From: Candidatus Latescibacterota bacterium
Lineage (GTDB): Bacteria; Latescibacterota; UBA2968; UBA8231
Length of the DNA: 64,000 nucleotides
Assembly (NCBI GenBank): GCA_965261395.1
Contig: OZ253462.1
Location: 3,264,001 to 3,328,000, forward strand
Direction of reading: 5' to 3'
Made by a program: the position numbers and the translations under genes
Notes under the pieces: model-generated
Seen by the model: only the letters and a program-made list of their open reading frames with translations
Database searches by the model: none
Told to the model about the DNA's origin: nothing
In this document: piece by piece, positions 29,749 through 37,599 of the stretch
How positions within the stretch are numbered: position 1 is the first letter of the stretch
How the letters are laid out: the number at the start of each line of letters is the position of its first letter

Positions 29749-30696
29749 ATGAGGAAACTATTGACGCTGAGTGCGGCCGTATCGCTTTTGGGGCTGAGCT
29801 CGCCTTCTTTTGCGCACGTGCCCGAGGGACTGATCTTGGGCGTCTGGCAGTGGCCCACGTCGCATCTGCCGGTGATGGATGGCGATATTTCCGAGTGGGA
29901 CGTGGTGCCCGACAATTTGTGGCTCACGCCGTTCAGCGAGTTCAACGGCGAACTGCTGCACGTGGTGGTGGCCGGCGAGGTTGGGGCCGAGGTCAATACT
30001 GCGGACCTGAACTACCGCTGGACCTCGGGCTGGAACGACGAGTTGGACCGCCTCTACTTCGTCTATGACCGCTTCGACGATCTGTGGGATCGCGATGCCG
30101 GCGGCGTGGGTGGCGCTGGCGGCGACGACAGCTTTGAGATCAACCTCGACGCCAACCACGGCGGTGATGTCTCGTGGTTTGGTGCCGACGATTTCGACAC
30201 CGAGGAGGAAGTGCTGCGCAACCGGGGTCGCTTCAACCAGATGAGCCACTACCGCTGGCCGCCGCTGGAGCCGATCGGCTGGAACTGGCTTTGGGCCTCC
30301 AGTGCCACTTGGCACGACGTCGAACCCTATTCGTGCTGCGGCAACTCCTTCAATCTCAACGGCGCACACTCCACCGAGGCGACCTTCCAGGTCGAGTGGT
30401 GGACCGTGGGCTGGGACGACTTCGACCACGCATCGCCTGAAAACAGCGTCCAGCACGCCTTTAGCGAAAACGATATCGTCGGCTTGGGTATCGCGATCAT
30501 CGACAACGATGTGGGCACCGACCAAAGTACCGACCGCCGCTTTGCCGCTTGGCGCATGGGCGGTCAGCGCTGCGGCAACGGCGACGGCAAGTGCATCACC
30601 GACTTCATCCTGCTGCCGGCGCAAATGGAGCTTTTGCCAACCGCCGTCGAAAACGATAGCTGGGGCCACATCAAGGCTTCGTACATGCAGCAGTAG
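29749..30696 (+). CDS. Exported CBM9/DOMON-like protein with C-terminal TAVE..SWG.IK motif
   Basis: RBS GGAG and signal peptide ending SFA. Motifs DGDISEW, GWN...DRLY and DD.FEI..D. Ends LPTAVENDSWGHIKASYMQQ. Confidence 0.78.
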   Translation: MRKLLTLSAAVSLLGLSSPSFAHVPEGLILGVWQWPTSHLPVMDGDISEWDVVPDNLWLTPFSEFNGELLHVVVAGEVGAEVNTADLNYRWTSGWNDELDRLYFVYDRFDDLWDRDAGGVGGAGGDDSFEINLDANHGGDVSWFGADDFDTEEEVLRNRGRFNQMSHYRWPPLEPIGWNWLWASSATWHDVEPYSCCGNSFNLNGAHSTEATFQVEWWTVGWDDFDHASPENSVQHAFSENDIVGLGIAIIDNDVGTDQSTDRRFAAWRMGGQRCGNGDGKCITDFILLPAQMELLPTAVENDSWGHIKASYMQQ

Positions 30697-30730
30697 CTGG
30701 CCCGGTAGTTTGCGGCGCGGGTTTAACTTG

Positions 30731-30769
30731 GGGAGGTGGATCGATTGCGATCTGCCTCCCTTGTTTTTT
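30731..30769 (+). terminator. Rho-independent terminator
   Basis: 13-bp stem gggaggtggatcg/cgatctgcctccc (2 G-U pairs) with a 4-nt loop, followed by ttgtttttt, 35 nt after the stop at 30696. Confidence 0.85.
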
Positions 30770-30770
30770 A

Positions 30771-30802
30771 GATCCGCAGATGGACGCAGATGGACGCAGA
30801 AT
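30771..30802 (+). repeat. 10-nt tandem repeat (CGCAGATGGA) x about 2.6
   Basis: gatccgcagatggacgcagatggacgcagaat lies directly after the terminator. Confidence 0.75.
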
Positions 30803-30857
30803 AGTAGAAACAAGACGATCCGCAGCTCGAATCGTTCAAGTCATTCAGGATTGCTAT

Positions 30858-32513
30858 ATGACGCGGAGAAAAATTCTTGCTCTGTTGGCGTTTTTCGCCT
30901 GTATCAGCGCGGTGTATGCCCTCGCCGAGCGGCAGGCGCGGCGGATGCAGACGACCGAGGCGGAGCTGAGTATCGACTGGGATGCGGTCGTCGATGACCC
31001 AGCGGAGCGGCTCGAGATCTCTTGGATGAGCATCCCGCGCTTTCCCACCGCGCGCGAGGGCACCTGGATCGAAAAGCGGCTCGAAGCGCGGTTCAACGTC
31101 GATTTCAAGCCGTTGTTTACCAGTCATTTTGCCTATATGCGACGTCGGCCGCTGGTCTTTGCCGGCGGCAATGTGCCCGATTTGTTCTACGCTGGCGATC
31201 CGGTCGTGGTGCAAAAGGACGCCCACCACGGCTATGCACTGCCCATTCCCTACGAGGTCATCCAAAAACACGCGCCCAACTACGTGCGCTATCTCAACCA
31301 GTACGCGCCCTCGACGTGGCTCTACGCCTACTGGAAAGGAGCCAACTACGGCATTCCCACTTGGGGCAGCAGCTTAGGCTATCCGGTGCCGGGGATCTGG
31401 AGAATGGACTGGCTGCGCAACGTCGGTATCGACAAGGTGCCGGAGACCCTCGACGAGATGTACGCGGCGCTGTGGAAATTTCGCCACGAGGACCCGGATG
31501 GCAATGGGGTACAGGACACCTACGGCATGTGTCCCAACGCGCAGGCTTGGTTCAATGTTTTCGGCGAGGTCTTCGGGGCCTACGGGATCGTACCGCACGG
31601 CTGGATGCTGCGCGACGGCGAGGTCGTGTGGGGAGGGACTCGGCCCGAGGTAAAGGAGATACTGGGACTTTTGCGCAAGTGGTACGACGACGGGCTGATC
31701 GATCCCGACTTTGCGATCGGCCAAATCAAGAGCAGCCCGATGCCCTATCAGAAATTCGTCAGCGGCAAGACGGGTTATCTCTTCGGCCAGGGTAGCTACG
31801 GCAGCTTTGACAAGTACAACAAGGCGTCGTTGGTGTCGGTCATTGCCGAGTTGCAGCCGGGGGCCGAGGTGGTGGTCGGGCCGTTTCCGGCCGGCCCGGA
31901 AGGCATCCGGGGAGGACGGGTATGGAGCACGGCCGCCCATGTTTTTGTCTTCGGCAAGCAGGTAGCCGCCGCGCCTGAGAAGGTCGTGCGGATGCTCAAA
32001 ATTTTCGAGGCGCTAGCTGTTGAGGAAAAGCTCTTCGTGGAGGTGCGGATGGGCCAGCGGGGCGTGCATTGGGAGTTCGACGCGGAGCGCGGCCTGTACC
32101 ATCTGCCGCCCTACGACGACCGCAATGTCGCCAGCAAGCATCTGACCACGTTGAGCGTCGATAGTCCGGGTGGCTTTTTCGCGCCCTGCGGAGTCCGGCC
32201 CGCCATTGCCGACAAGTACCTGCCAACGGCGATGCTGCAACACCGCGAGCGCTATCAGCGCCCCGAGTGGGCGCAGGCCGGTCTTTTTGGCAAGCCGGAC
32301 GTGGTGCCCTCGTCGATCAAGCATCTGCGCGATCTGCGCAACTTGCAGATGACGGCTTACGCCGAGATCGTGCGCGGCGAGCGCGCCCTCGACTATTTCG
32401 ACGCTTTTGTGGCCGAATGGATGGAACGGGGCGGGGCGGAAATGACCCAAGAGGCGCGGGAAATCTACACGGTGCGCGCGGAGATTTACAGGAAGGTAGG
32501 AGTGGTGCAGTAG
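30858..32513 (+). CDS. ABC transporter extracellular solute-binding protein (carbohydrate, LplA-like)
   Basis: Signal/anchor segment. Motifs R.DWL..VG...PETLDE...AL.KF..EDPDGNG..DTYG and KWY.DGLIDPDF. No permease genes adjacent. Confidence 0.85.
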   Translation: MTRRKILALLAFFACISAVYALAERQARRMQTTEAELSIDWDAVVDDPAERLEISWMSIPRFPTAREGTWIEKRLEARFNVDFKPLFTSHFAYMRRRPLVFAGGNVPDLFYAGDPVVVQKDAHHGYALPIPYEVIQKHAPNYVRYLNQYAPSTWLYAYWKGANYGIPTWGSSLGYPVPGIWRMDWLRNVGIDKVPETLDEMYAALWKFRHEDPDGNGVQDTYGMCPNAQAWFNVFGEVFGAYGIVPHGWMLRDGEVVWGGTRPEVKEILGLLRKWYDDGLIDPDFAIGQIKSSPMPYQKFVSGKTGYLFGQGSYGSFDKYNKASLVSVIAELQPGAEVVVGPFPAGPEGIRGGRVWSTAAHVFVFGKQVAAAPEKVVRMLKIFEALAVEEKLFVEVRMGQRGVHWEFDAERGLYHLPPYDDRNVASKHLTTLSVDSPGGFFAPCGVRPAIADKYLPTAMLQHRERYQRPEWAQAGLFGKPDVVPSSIKHLRDLRNLQMTAYAEIVRGERALDYFDAFVAEWMERGGAEMTQEAREIYTVRAEIYRKVGVVQ

Positions 32514-32521
32514 GGGCGCGC

Positions 32522-34153
32522 CTAGACCATGTGGCCGTGTCGTCCTCGCATGTAGAAGGTGCCGTCCCGGTTCATGCCGGGGAATCTCCACGCACCGGGG
32601 CTGATGGGCCAAGGCAGGACATCGGCGCGATCTGCCCATTCGCGGTAGCGCTTTTCCATTTCTGCGACTCTCGCTTTTTCTCGCTCCGCTAGGTCGTTGA
32701 GTTCGGTGCGATCCTCTTCCATGTTGTAGAGCTCCCAGCCGCCTTGGCCGCTGGTTTCGCAGACCAGTTTCCACGGCCCGATGCGGATGGCGGCATTGCC
32801 CTCGTGCTCCCAGTACATAGGCTTTTCGCGCGACCACTCGCGGCCTGCGAGGAGGGCGAGGAAGCTCTCGCCTTCGAGGGGGGTAATGGCGTGGCCGTCG
32901 TATTCGGCTGGGTAGGAAGCGCCGGCTGCGTCGATGAGGGTGGCGGTGATGTCGAGGATCTGGACGGGGGTATGCGTCAGGTCGGGTTGCTTGATGGTGG
33001 CAGGCCAGCGGACGATGCAGGGGGTGGCGATGCCGCCTTCGTGGACCCAGCGCTTGTAGCGGCGGAAGGGGGTGGTGCTGACATTGGCCCAGGGCACGTC
33101 GTAGCTCATGTAGGTGTCCGAGGCACCGGGCATCAGACCGGGGATGTTGCCCATTTGCACCGGCCGCCCATCGTAGGTTGTGAGGCCCTGTAAAAAGACC
33201 CAGTCGATGCGGTTGCCATCCTCGCACAAGAATTCAGCGCAGCCGCCGTTGTCCGAAAGAAAAACGACCAACGTATTGTCCTCTATGTCGAGCTCGCGGA
33301 GCTTGGCGAGGATGCGGCCAATGCCTTGGTCCATGCGATCGACTTGGGCCGCGTACACGGCCATGCGCCGATCTTCCCAGTCCGGATCAGCCGCTTCATT
33401 CCAGGGAGGTGCGTCCTCGTCGCGGGGCGATATGTCCCAGTGAGAGCTAACGATTTCCATGTCTTTGAGCGCTTCGTGGCGGGCGGTGCGCGCCGCGTCC
33501 CAGCCGCCTTTGCGGTACTGGCCTTGGTAGCGGGCGATGTCCTCCTCAAAGGCGTGGAGCGGCCAGTGCGGTGCCGTGTACGCGACGTACATGAAGAAGG
33601 GCTGGTCGGCGCTTGCGGCGATGAAGTCAACGGCGTGGTCGGAGATGGCGTCGGTGAGGTAGAAGTCGGTGGGATCCTGAGCGATAGGCGTGCCGTCGAG
33701 GGTGCAGGTGCGTCCGCCAAAGTAGCCGCTGTTGGCCCCGAGGCCAAAGAGGCGGTCAAAGCCGTGCTGCATTTCGGGGGGGATGTCGGCGCTGTCAGGT
33801 CTTTTGCCGCAGTGCCACTTGCCCGACATTAGGGTGCGATAGCCGCGCTCCTTGAGCACTTGGGCGATGGTGACGGCCGAGTGGCGCAGGTAGCCGCCGT
33901 AACCGGGGGCGTTGGGAATGCCGCCGGCCATGTGGCCGATGCCGGCTTGGTGCGGATAGAGGCCGGTCAGCAAGGCCGCGCGCGAGGGGCAGCAGCGGGC
34001 GAAATTGTACATCTGCGAGAAGCGCAGGCCCTCGGTGGCGAGGCGGTCTAGGTTGGGGGTGCGGATTTCGGAGCCGTAGCAGCCGAGGTCGGAATAGCCC
34101 ATGTCGTCGGCGAGGATGAGGACGATGTTGGGGCGCTGGGAAGCGGTGGTCAT
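32522..34153 (-). CDS. Arylsulfatase (AtsA-like)
   Basis: Motifs PNIVLILADDMGYSD, CCPSRAALLTG, GKWH, YTAPHWPLHA, SDNG and HEGG..TP. Confidence 0.93.
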   Translation of the reverse strand: MTTASQRPNIVLILADDMGYSDLGCYGSEIRTPNLDRLATEGLRFSQMYNFARCCPSRAALLTGLYPHQAGIGHMAGGIPNAPGYGGYLRHSAVTIAQVLKERGYRTLMSGKWHCGKRPDSADIPPEMQHGFDRLFGLGANSGYFGGRTCTLDGTPIAQDPTDFYLTDAISDHAVDFIAASADQPFFMYVAYTAPHWPLHAFEEDIARYQGQYRKGGWDAARTARHEALKDMEIVSSHWDISPRDEDAPPWNEAADPDWEDRRMAVYAAQVDRMDQGIGRILAKLRELDIEDNTLVVFLSDNGGCAEFLCEDGNRIDWVFLQGLTTYDGRPVQMGNIPGLMPGASDTYMSYDVPWANVSTTPFRRYKRWVHEGGIATPCIVRWPATIKQPDLTHTPVQILDITATLIDAAGASYPAEYDGHAITPLEGESFLALLAGREWSREKPMYWEHEGNAAIRIGPWKLVCETSGQGGWELYNMEEDRTELNDLAEREKARVAEMEKRYREWADRADVLPWPISPGAWRFPGMNRDGTFYMRGRHGHMV

Positions 34154-34232
34154 GGAGGGACTCCTCTGGGTGGATTTTCTTTTTAGGCCCTAATCAAACC
34201 ACAAACGACTAGAGAGCCAATTGAGGTGTCAA

Positions 34233-35672
34233 ATGAATGTGCTGCACATCCTCTCCGATCAGCACCAAGCGGCCTGCATGGGTTGCGAAGGCCACGCGCA
34301 GGCGCTGACGCCCAATATGGATCGGCTGGCCAGCGAGGGTATGCGCTTTTCAGCGGCGTACACCCAGAATCCGATCTGCACGCCCAGCCGCATGAGCATG
34401 TATACGGGACAGTACTGCCACAACCACGGCTTCTTTGGTCTGGGCGGGCCGCGTCCGGAGGGGATGCAGAGTTTTCTCGGCTACTTTAAGCAGCACGGGT
34501 ACAAGACGGCGGTGATCGGCAAGACGCACGTGCCCAATCAGCCGCGCGACTGGCTTTTGGACCACGTTGACTACTGGATGTCTGGCACTTCGACGCCGGT
34601 GCCGGACGCGGGCGGTCTGTCGCCGTATCAAACGTTTCTGGCCGGTGCTGGTCTTCTGGAGCAAAACGACAACTTTCGCATCACCGGCTACCCGGCCCGC
34701 CACCCGGTTGGCCTACCCCAGAACCAGTTCCGCGCTCGGCCATCGGAGCTGCCGCTGGAGTACAATGTCGAGAGCTGGTGCGTAGATCGGGCGATTGAAT
34801 TTATGGAGGGGTGCGAGGGAGACCCCTTCTGTATGCAGGTCTCGTTGCCGCGACCGCACGCGCCCTATACGCCGGATCAGAAATTCTGGGACTTGTATGC
34901 AGACGACATCGCGTTGCCAGAGACCTATTACCAAGATCCGTCGGGACGCCCGCCGCATTTCCGCGACATGCACGCGCGATTCCAGCGGGCCTGGGAGGGG
35001 GAGGAATGGTCGCCGGAGGAAGGGGCGCGCAACATTTGGCGCGGCTATCTGGGCTGCGTGACGCAGGTTGACTACTGCATTGGCCGCCTTTTGGACTACC
35101 TCGACGAACGCGGCTTGGCCGAAGATACGATCGTCGTCTATAACTCCGACCACGGCGCGTACAGCACTGCTTTTGGCATTCAGGAAAAGGCCCCTGGGAT
35201 CTGCTCGGAGGCAGTGTGTCGGGTGCCGATGCTCTGGCGGGTGCCGGGCGTTGCGGCCGAGGACAGGGTTTGCGACGCGCTGGTGGAAAATGTCGATTTG
35301 GCTCCGACATTTATGAATCTCTGTGGGTTGCCGGTGATGGAGGGCATGGATGGGGCGGATATCAGCGGGTTTTTGCAGGGTGGGACCGATCCGGTGCATG
35401 AGGTGGCGGTCACCGAGCATCGGCACAGCAAGGCGCTGCGTTGGGATAAGTGGCGCTATGTGCATTATCAACCGGAGGATTTCGGGGCCGACTGCGGCGA
35501 GCTCTACGACTTGGAGGCCGATCCGCACGAGGCCCGCAATTTGTACGGAGATCAGGCGTACCAAGAGATTGTCGAGCAGGGCGAGAAACTTCTGTGCCAC
35601 TGGCTGATCTCGACGCGGCAGTATCGCACGGCGTTTTCGGTGGGGGCGTGGAACGAGACTAATTACGTCTGA
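34233..35672 (+). CDS. Sulfatase (choline-sulfatase-like)
   Basis: RBS GAGGT and ATG34233. Motifs SDQH, CTPSR.S..TG, GKTH, PH.P, SDHG and ELYDL..DP.E. Confidence 0.92.
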   Translation: MNVLHILSDQHQAACMGCEGHAQALTPNMDRLASEGMRFSAAYTQNPICTPSRMSMYTGQYCHNHGFFGLGGPRPEGMQSFLGYFKQHGYKTAVIGKTHVPNQPRDWLLDHVDYWMSGTSTPVPDAGGLSPYQTFLAGAGLLEQNDNFRITGYPARHPVGLPQNQFRARPSELPLEYNVESWCVDRAIEFMEGCEGDPFCMQVSLPRPHAPYTPDQKFWDLYADDIALPETYYQDPSGRPPHFRDMHARFQRAWEGEEWSPEEGARNIWRGYLGCVTQVDYCIGRLLDYLDERGLAEDTIVVYNSDHGAYSTAFGIQEKAPGICSEAVCRVPMLWRVPGVAAEDRVCDALVENVDLAPTFMNLCGLPVMEGMDGADISGFLQGGTDPVHEVAVTEHRHSKALRWDKWRYVHYQPEDFGADCGELYDLEADPHEARNLYGDQAYQEIVEQGEKLLCHWLISTRQYRTAFSVGAWNETNYV

Positions 35673-35764
35673 GAGGTTATCGTTCTCTTTGACTTAGGAA
35701 GGTTCCATCGTCCAGCGACCGACGCGGTAAGAGAGAGGACCGACGAAATACCTGAAAGCAACAG

Positions 35765-36214
35765 ATGAACTCGAATCCGCCAAAACATATCGTCGCTGCT
35801 GGGATGCTCGTGGAACGGGGAGATGAGGTGCTGCTGGTTAGAACAGAACGAAGGGGATGGGAGTTTCCAGGTGGCCAAATCGAAGAAGGTGAGTCCGTCC
35901 TTGATGGGGTCGTCCGCGAAGTCAGAGAAGAGGCCAATGTCGTGGCTGCGGCTGATCGACTTGTCGGCGTGTATAGCAACCTCAGTAATCATCGAGTGAT
36001 CTTCGATTTTCTTGGTTCTTGGTTGTCTGGGGACGCCCGGATGGGAGAAGAGACGCTCGATGTTGCATGGGTCCAAAGGACTGAGGCCGGTAAGATGATA
36101 GATCATCCTATTTACAGCCGAAGGCTTCAGCAGCTTTTGTCGTTTGATGGACGGGTTTTGTTTCAATCGTACACGACATCTCCTTTCACGGTATGTGCTC
36201 AGAAGTTTGTATAG
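35765..36214 (+). CDS. NUDIX hydrolase
   Basis: Nudix box GGQIEEGESVLDGVVREVREEA. Confidence 0.9.
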   Translation: MNSNPPKHIVAAGMLVERGDEVLLVRTERRGWEFPGGQIEEGESVLDGVVREVREEANVVAAADRLVGVYSNLSNHRVIFDFLGSWLSGDARMGEETLDVAWVQRTEAGKMIDHPIYSRRLQQLLSFDGRVLFQSYTTSPFTVCAQKFV

Positions 36215-36229
36215 AGAGTGCTGAAGCTT

Positions 36230-36402
36230 ATGAAAGCGGTTTTATTCGATTTATTCGAAACGCTCGTGACACTTCGCAGCTCCGTTCAAATGGCTGGACG
36301 ATTGGGATTGTTAGCAATGCTACTCCGGACGAGGTGGCCGATTGGTCCGAATGCCCGCTCCGCGATGCAGTGGATGATGCTGTTTTTTCATGTCAAATAG
36401 GC
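36230..36402 (+). pseudogene. HAD-superfamily hydrolase remnant (internal deletion + frameshift, truncated at IS30)
   Basis: Motif I KAVLFDLFETL is in one frame; motif II IGIVSNA...DAVFSCQIG follows in another frame only about 30 nt later. The cap domain and the KP motif are absent. Confidence 0.7.
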
Positions 36403-37508
36403 CTTGAATTCAACTTGTAAGTGCAATCGCTTGGGTAGCTGGCATAGAAAAGGCCAACTGGTATATTTTCCCTGGCCATTTCAAACGCAGCTCCCGACGG
36501 AGGCGCTTATGGGAACGTATCACCAGTTGACCGAGCATCAAAGATACCAAATTTACGCCCTGAAGAAAGCCGGGCATGATCAGCAGTCCATCGCGGCGAC
36601 GGTGGCGGTATCGCCCTCGACGATTTGTCGGGAGTTGCGGCGCAATCAAGGGCAACGCGGCTATCGTCCCGGCCAAGCCCATCACAAAGCGTTGGCGCGT
36701 CGTCGCCACAAGGCGAAGGCGACCAAGATGACGGCGGCGGTCATCGAGCGCATCGAAGCGGGCCTGGGTCAGCAGTGGAGTCCAGAGCAGATTGCGGGTC
36801 GGCTGGCGACGACCGACGGGTTTCGATTGAGTCCGCAGCGTATCTACCAGCACATCCAGGCGGATCGCCAGGCGGGCGGGATGTTGTATCGCCATCTGCG
36901 CCACAGTCAGAAGAAACGCAAGAAACGTTATGGAAAAGCCGATGCCCGAGGGCAGATTAAAGGCCGCATCAGCATGGACCAGCGACCGGCCATCGTGGAG
37001 GAAAAAAGTCGCATCGGCGATTGGGAAATCGACTTGGTGATGGGACGTGCACGCACCGGGGCGCTCGTCTCGGTGGTGGAACGTCGCTCGCGCTATACCG
37101 TGCTGGGCAAAGTCCCCTCCAAACAGGCCGAGCACGTAGCGGCGGCCACCATTGCGTTGCTCGCTGCCCATAAGGGGCATACCCAGACGATTACGGCCGA
37201 TAACGGCAAGGAGTTTGCCCACCATGCCACGATCAGCCAAGCGTTGGACGCGGCTGTGTATTTTGCCCATCCCTACCATGCCTGGGAGCGCGGACTCAAC
37301 GAGAACACCAACGGGCTGATTCGCCAGTATGTGCCCAAAGGGACGGCCTTGGATACGCTGTCCCAGGCGCAGGTACACCACATCATGGAGCGGCTCAATC
37401 ATCGACCGCGAAAGGGCTTGGCATTTCAAACGCCGCATGAAATCTTATGCAAGGAAACAGAAGTTCAACCCAAACATGGCGAAATTGCGCTTACGAGTTG
37501 AATCCGCG
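36403..37508 (+). mobile_element. IS30-family insertion sequence
   Basis: Inverted repeat cores attcaacttgtaagtgcaat and attcaactcgtaagcgcaat match at 18/20. Exact outer ends are uncertain by a few nt. Confidence 0.88.
36509..37501 (+). CDS. IS30-family transposase
   Basis: RBS GGAGG and ATG36509. Motifs STI.RELRRN, WSPEQI, GDWEID, TADNGKEF, WERGLNENTNGLIRQY and LN.RPRK. Confidence 0.95.
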   Translation: MGTYHQLTEHQRYQIYALKKAGHDQQSIAATVAVSPSTICRELRRNQGQRGYRPGQAHHKALARRRHKAKATKMTAAVIERIEAGLGQQWSPEQIAGRLATTDGFRLSPQRIYQHIQADRQAGGMLYRHLRHSQKKRKKRYGKADARGQIKGRISMDQRPAIVEEKSRIGDWEIDLVMGRARTGALVSVVERRSRYTVLGKVPSKQAEHVAAATIALLAAHKGHTQTITADNGKEFAHHATISQALDAAVYFAHPYHAWERGLNENTNGLIRQYVPKGTALDTLSQAQVHHIMERLNHRPRKGLAFQTPHEILCKETEVQPKHGEIALTS

Positions 37509-37513
37509 CCGTA

Positions 37514-37542
37514 TTGATACACTCTGAACTATTGACTATAAT
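37514..37542 (+). promoter_or_regulatory. Sigma70-type promoter TTGATA-N17-TATAAT upstream of the second exported-protein cluster
   Basis: -35 at 37514-37519, exact 17-nt spacer, perfect -10 at 37537-37542, 57 nt before ATG37600. Confidence 0.7.
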
Positions 37543-37599
37543 TGCTGTGGAAACGGCGTCGACATTGGATTGTAGCACTTCTTCTCGGAGTTTGCGACA

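Noticed and set aside
29580-29996. N-terminal extension of the ASPIC/UnbV ORF to 859 aa, and the 351-aa ORF at 29758-30813 (-)
   Set aside because: They overlap the well-supported + strand gene at 29749, and the signal peptide begins at ATG29579.
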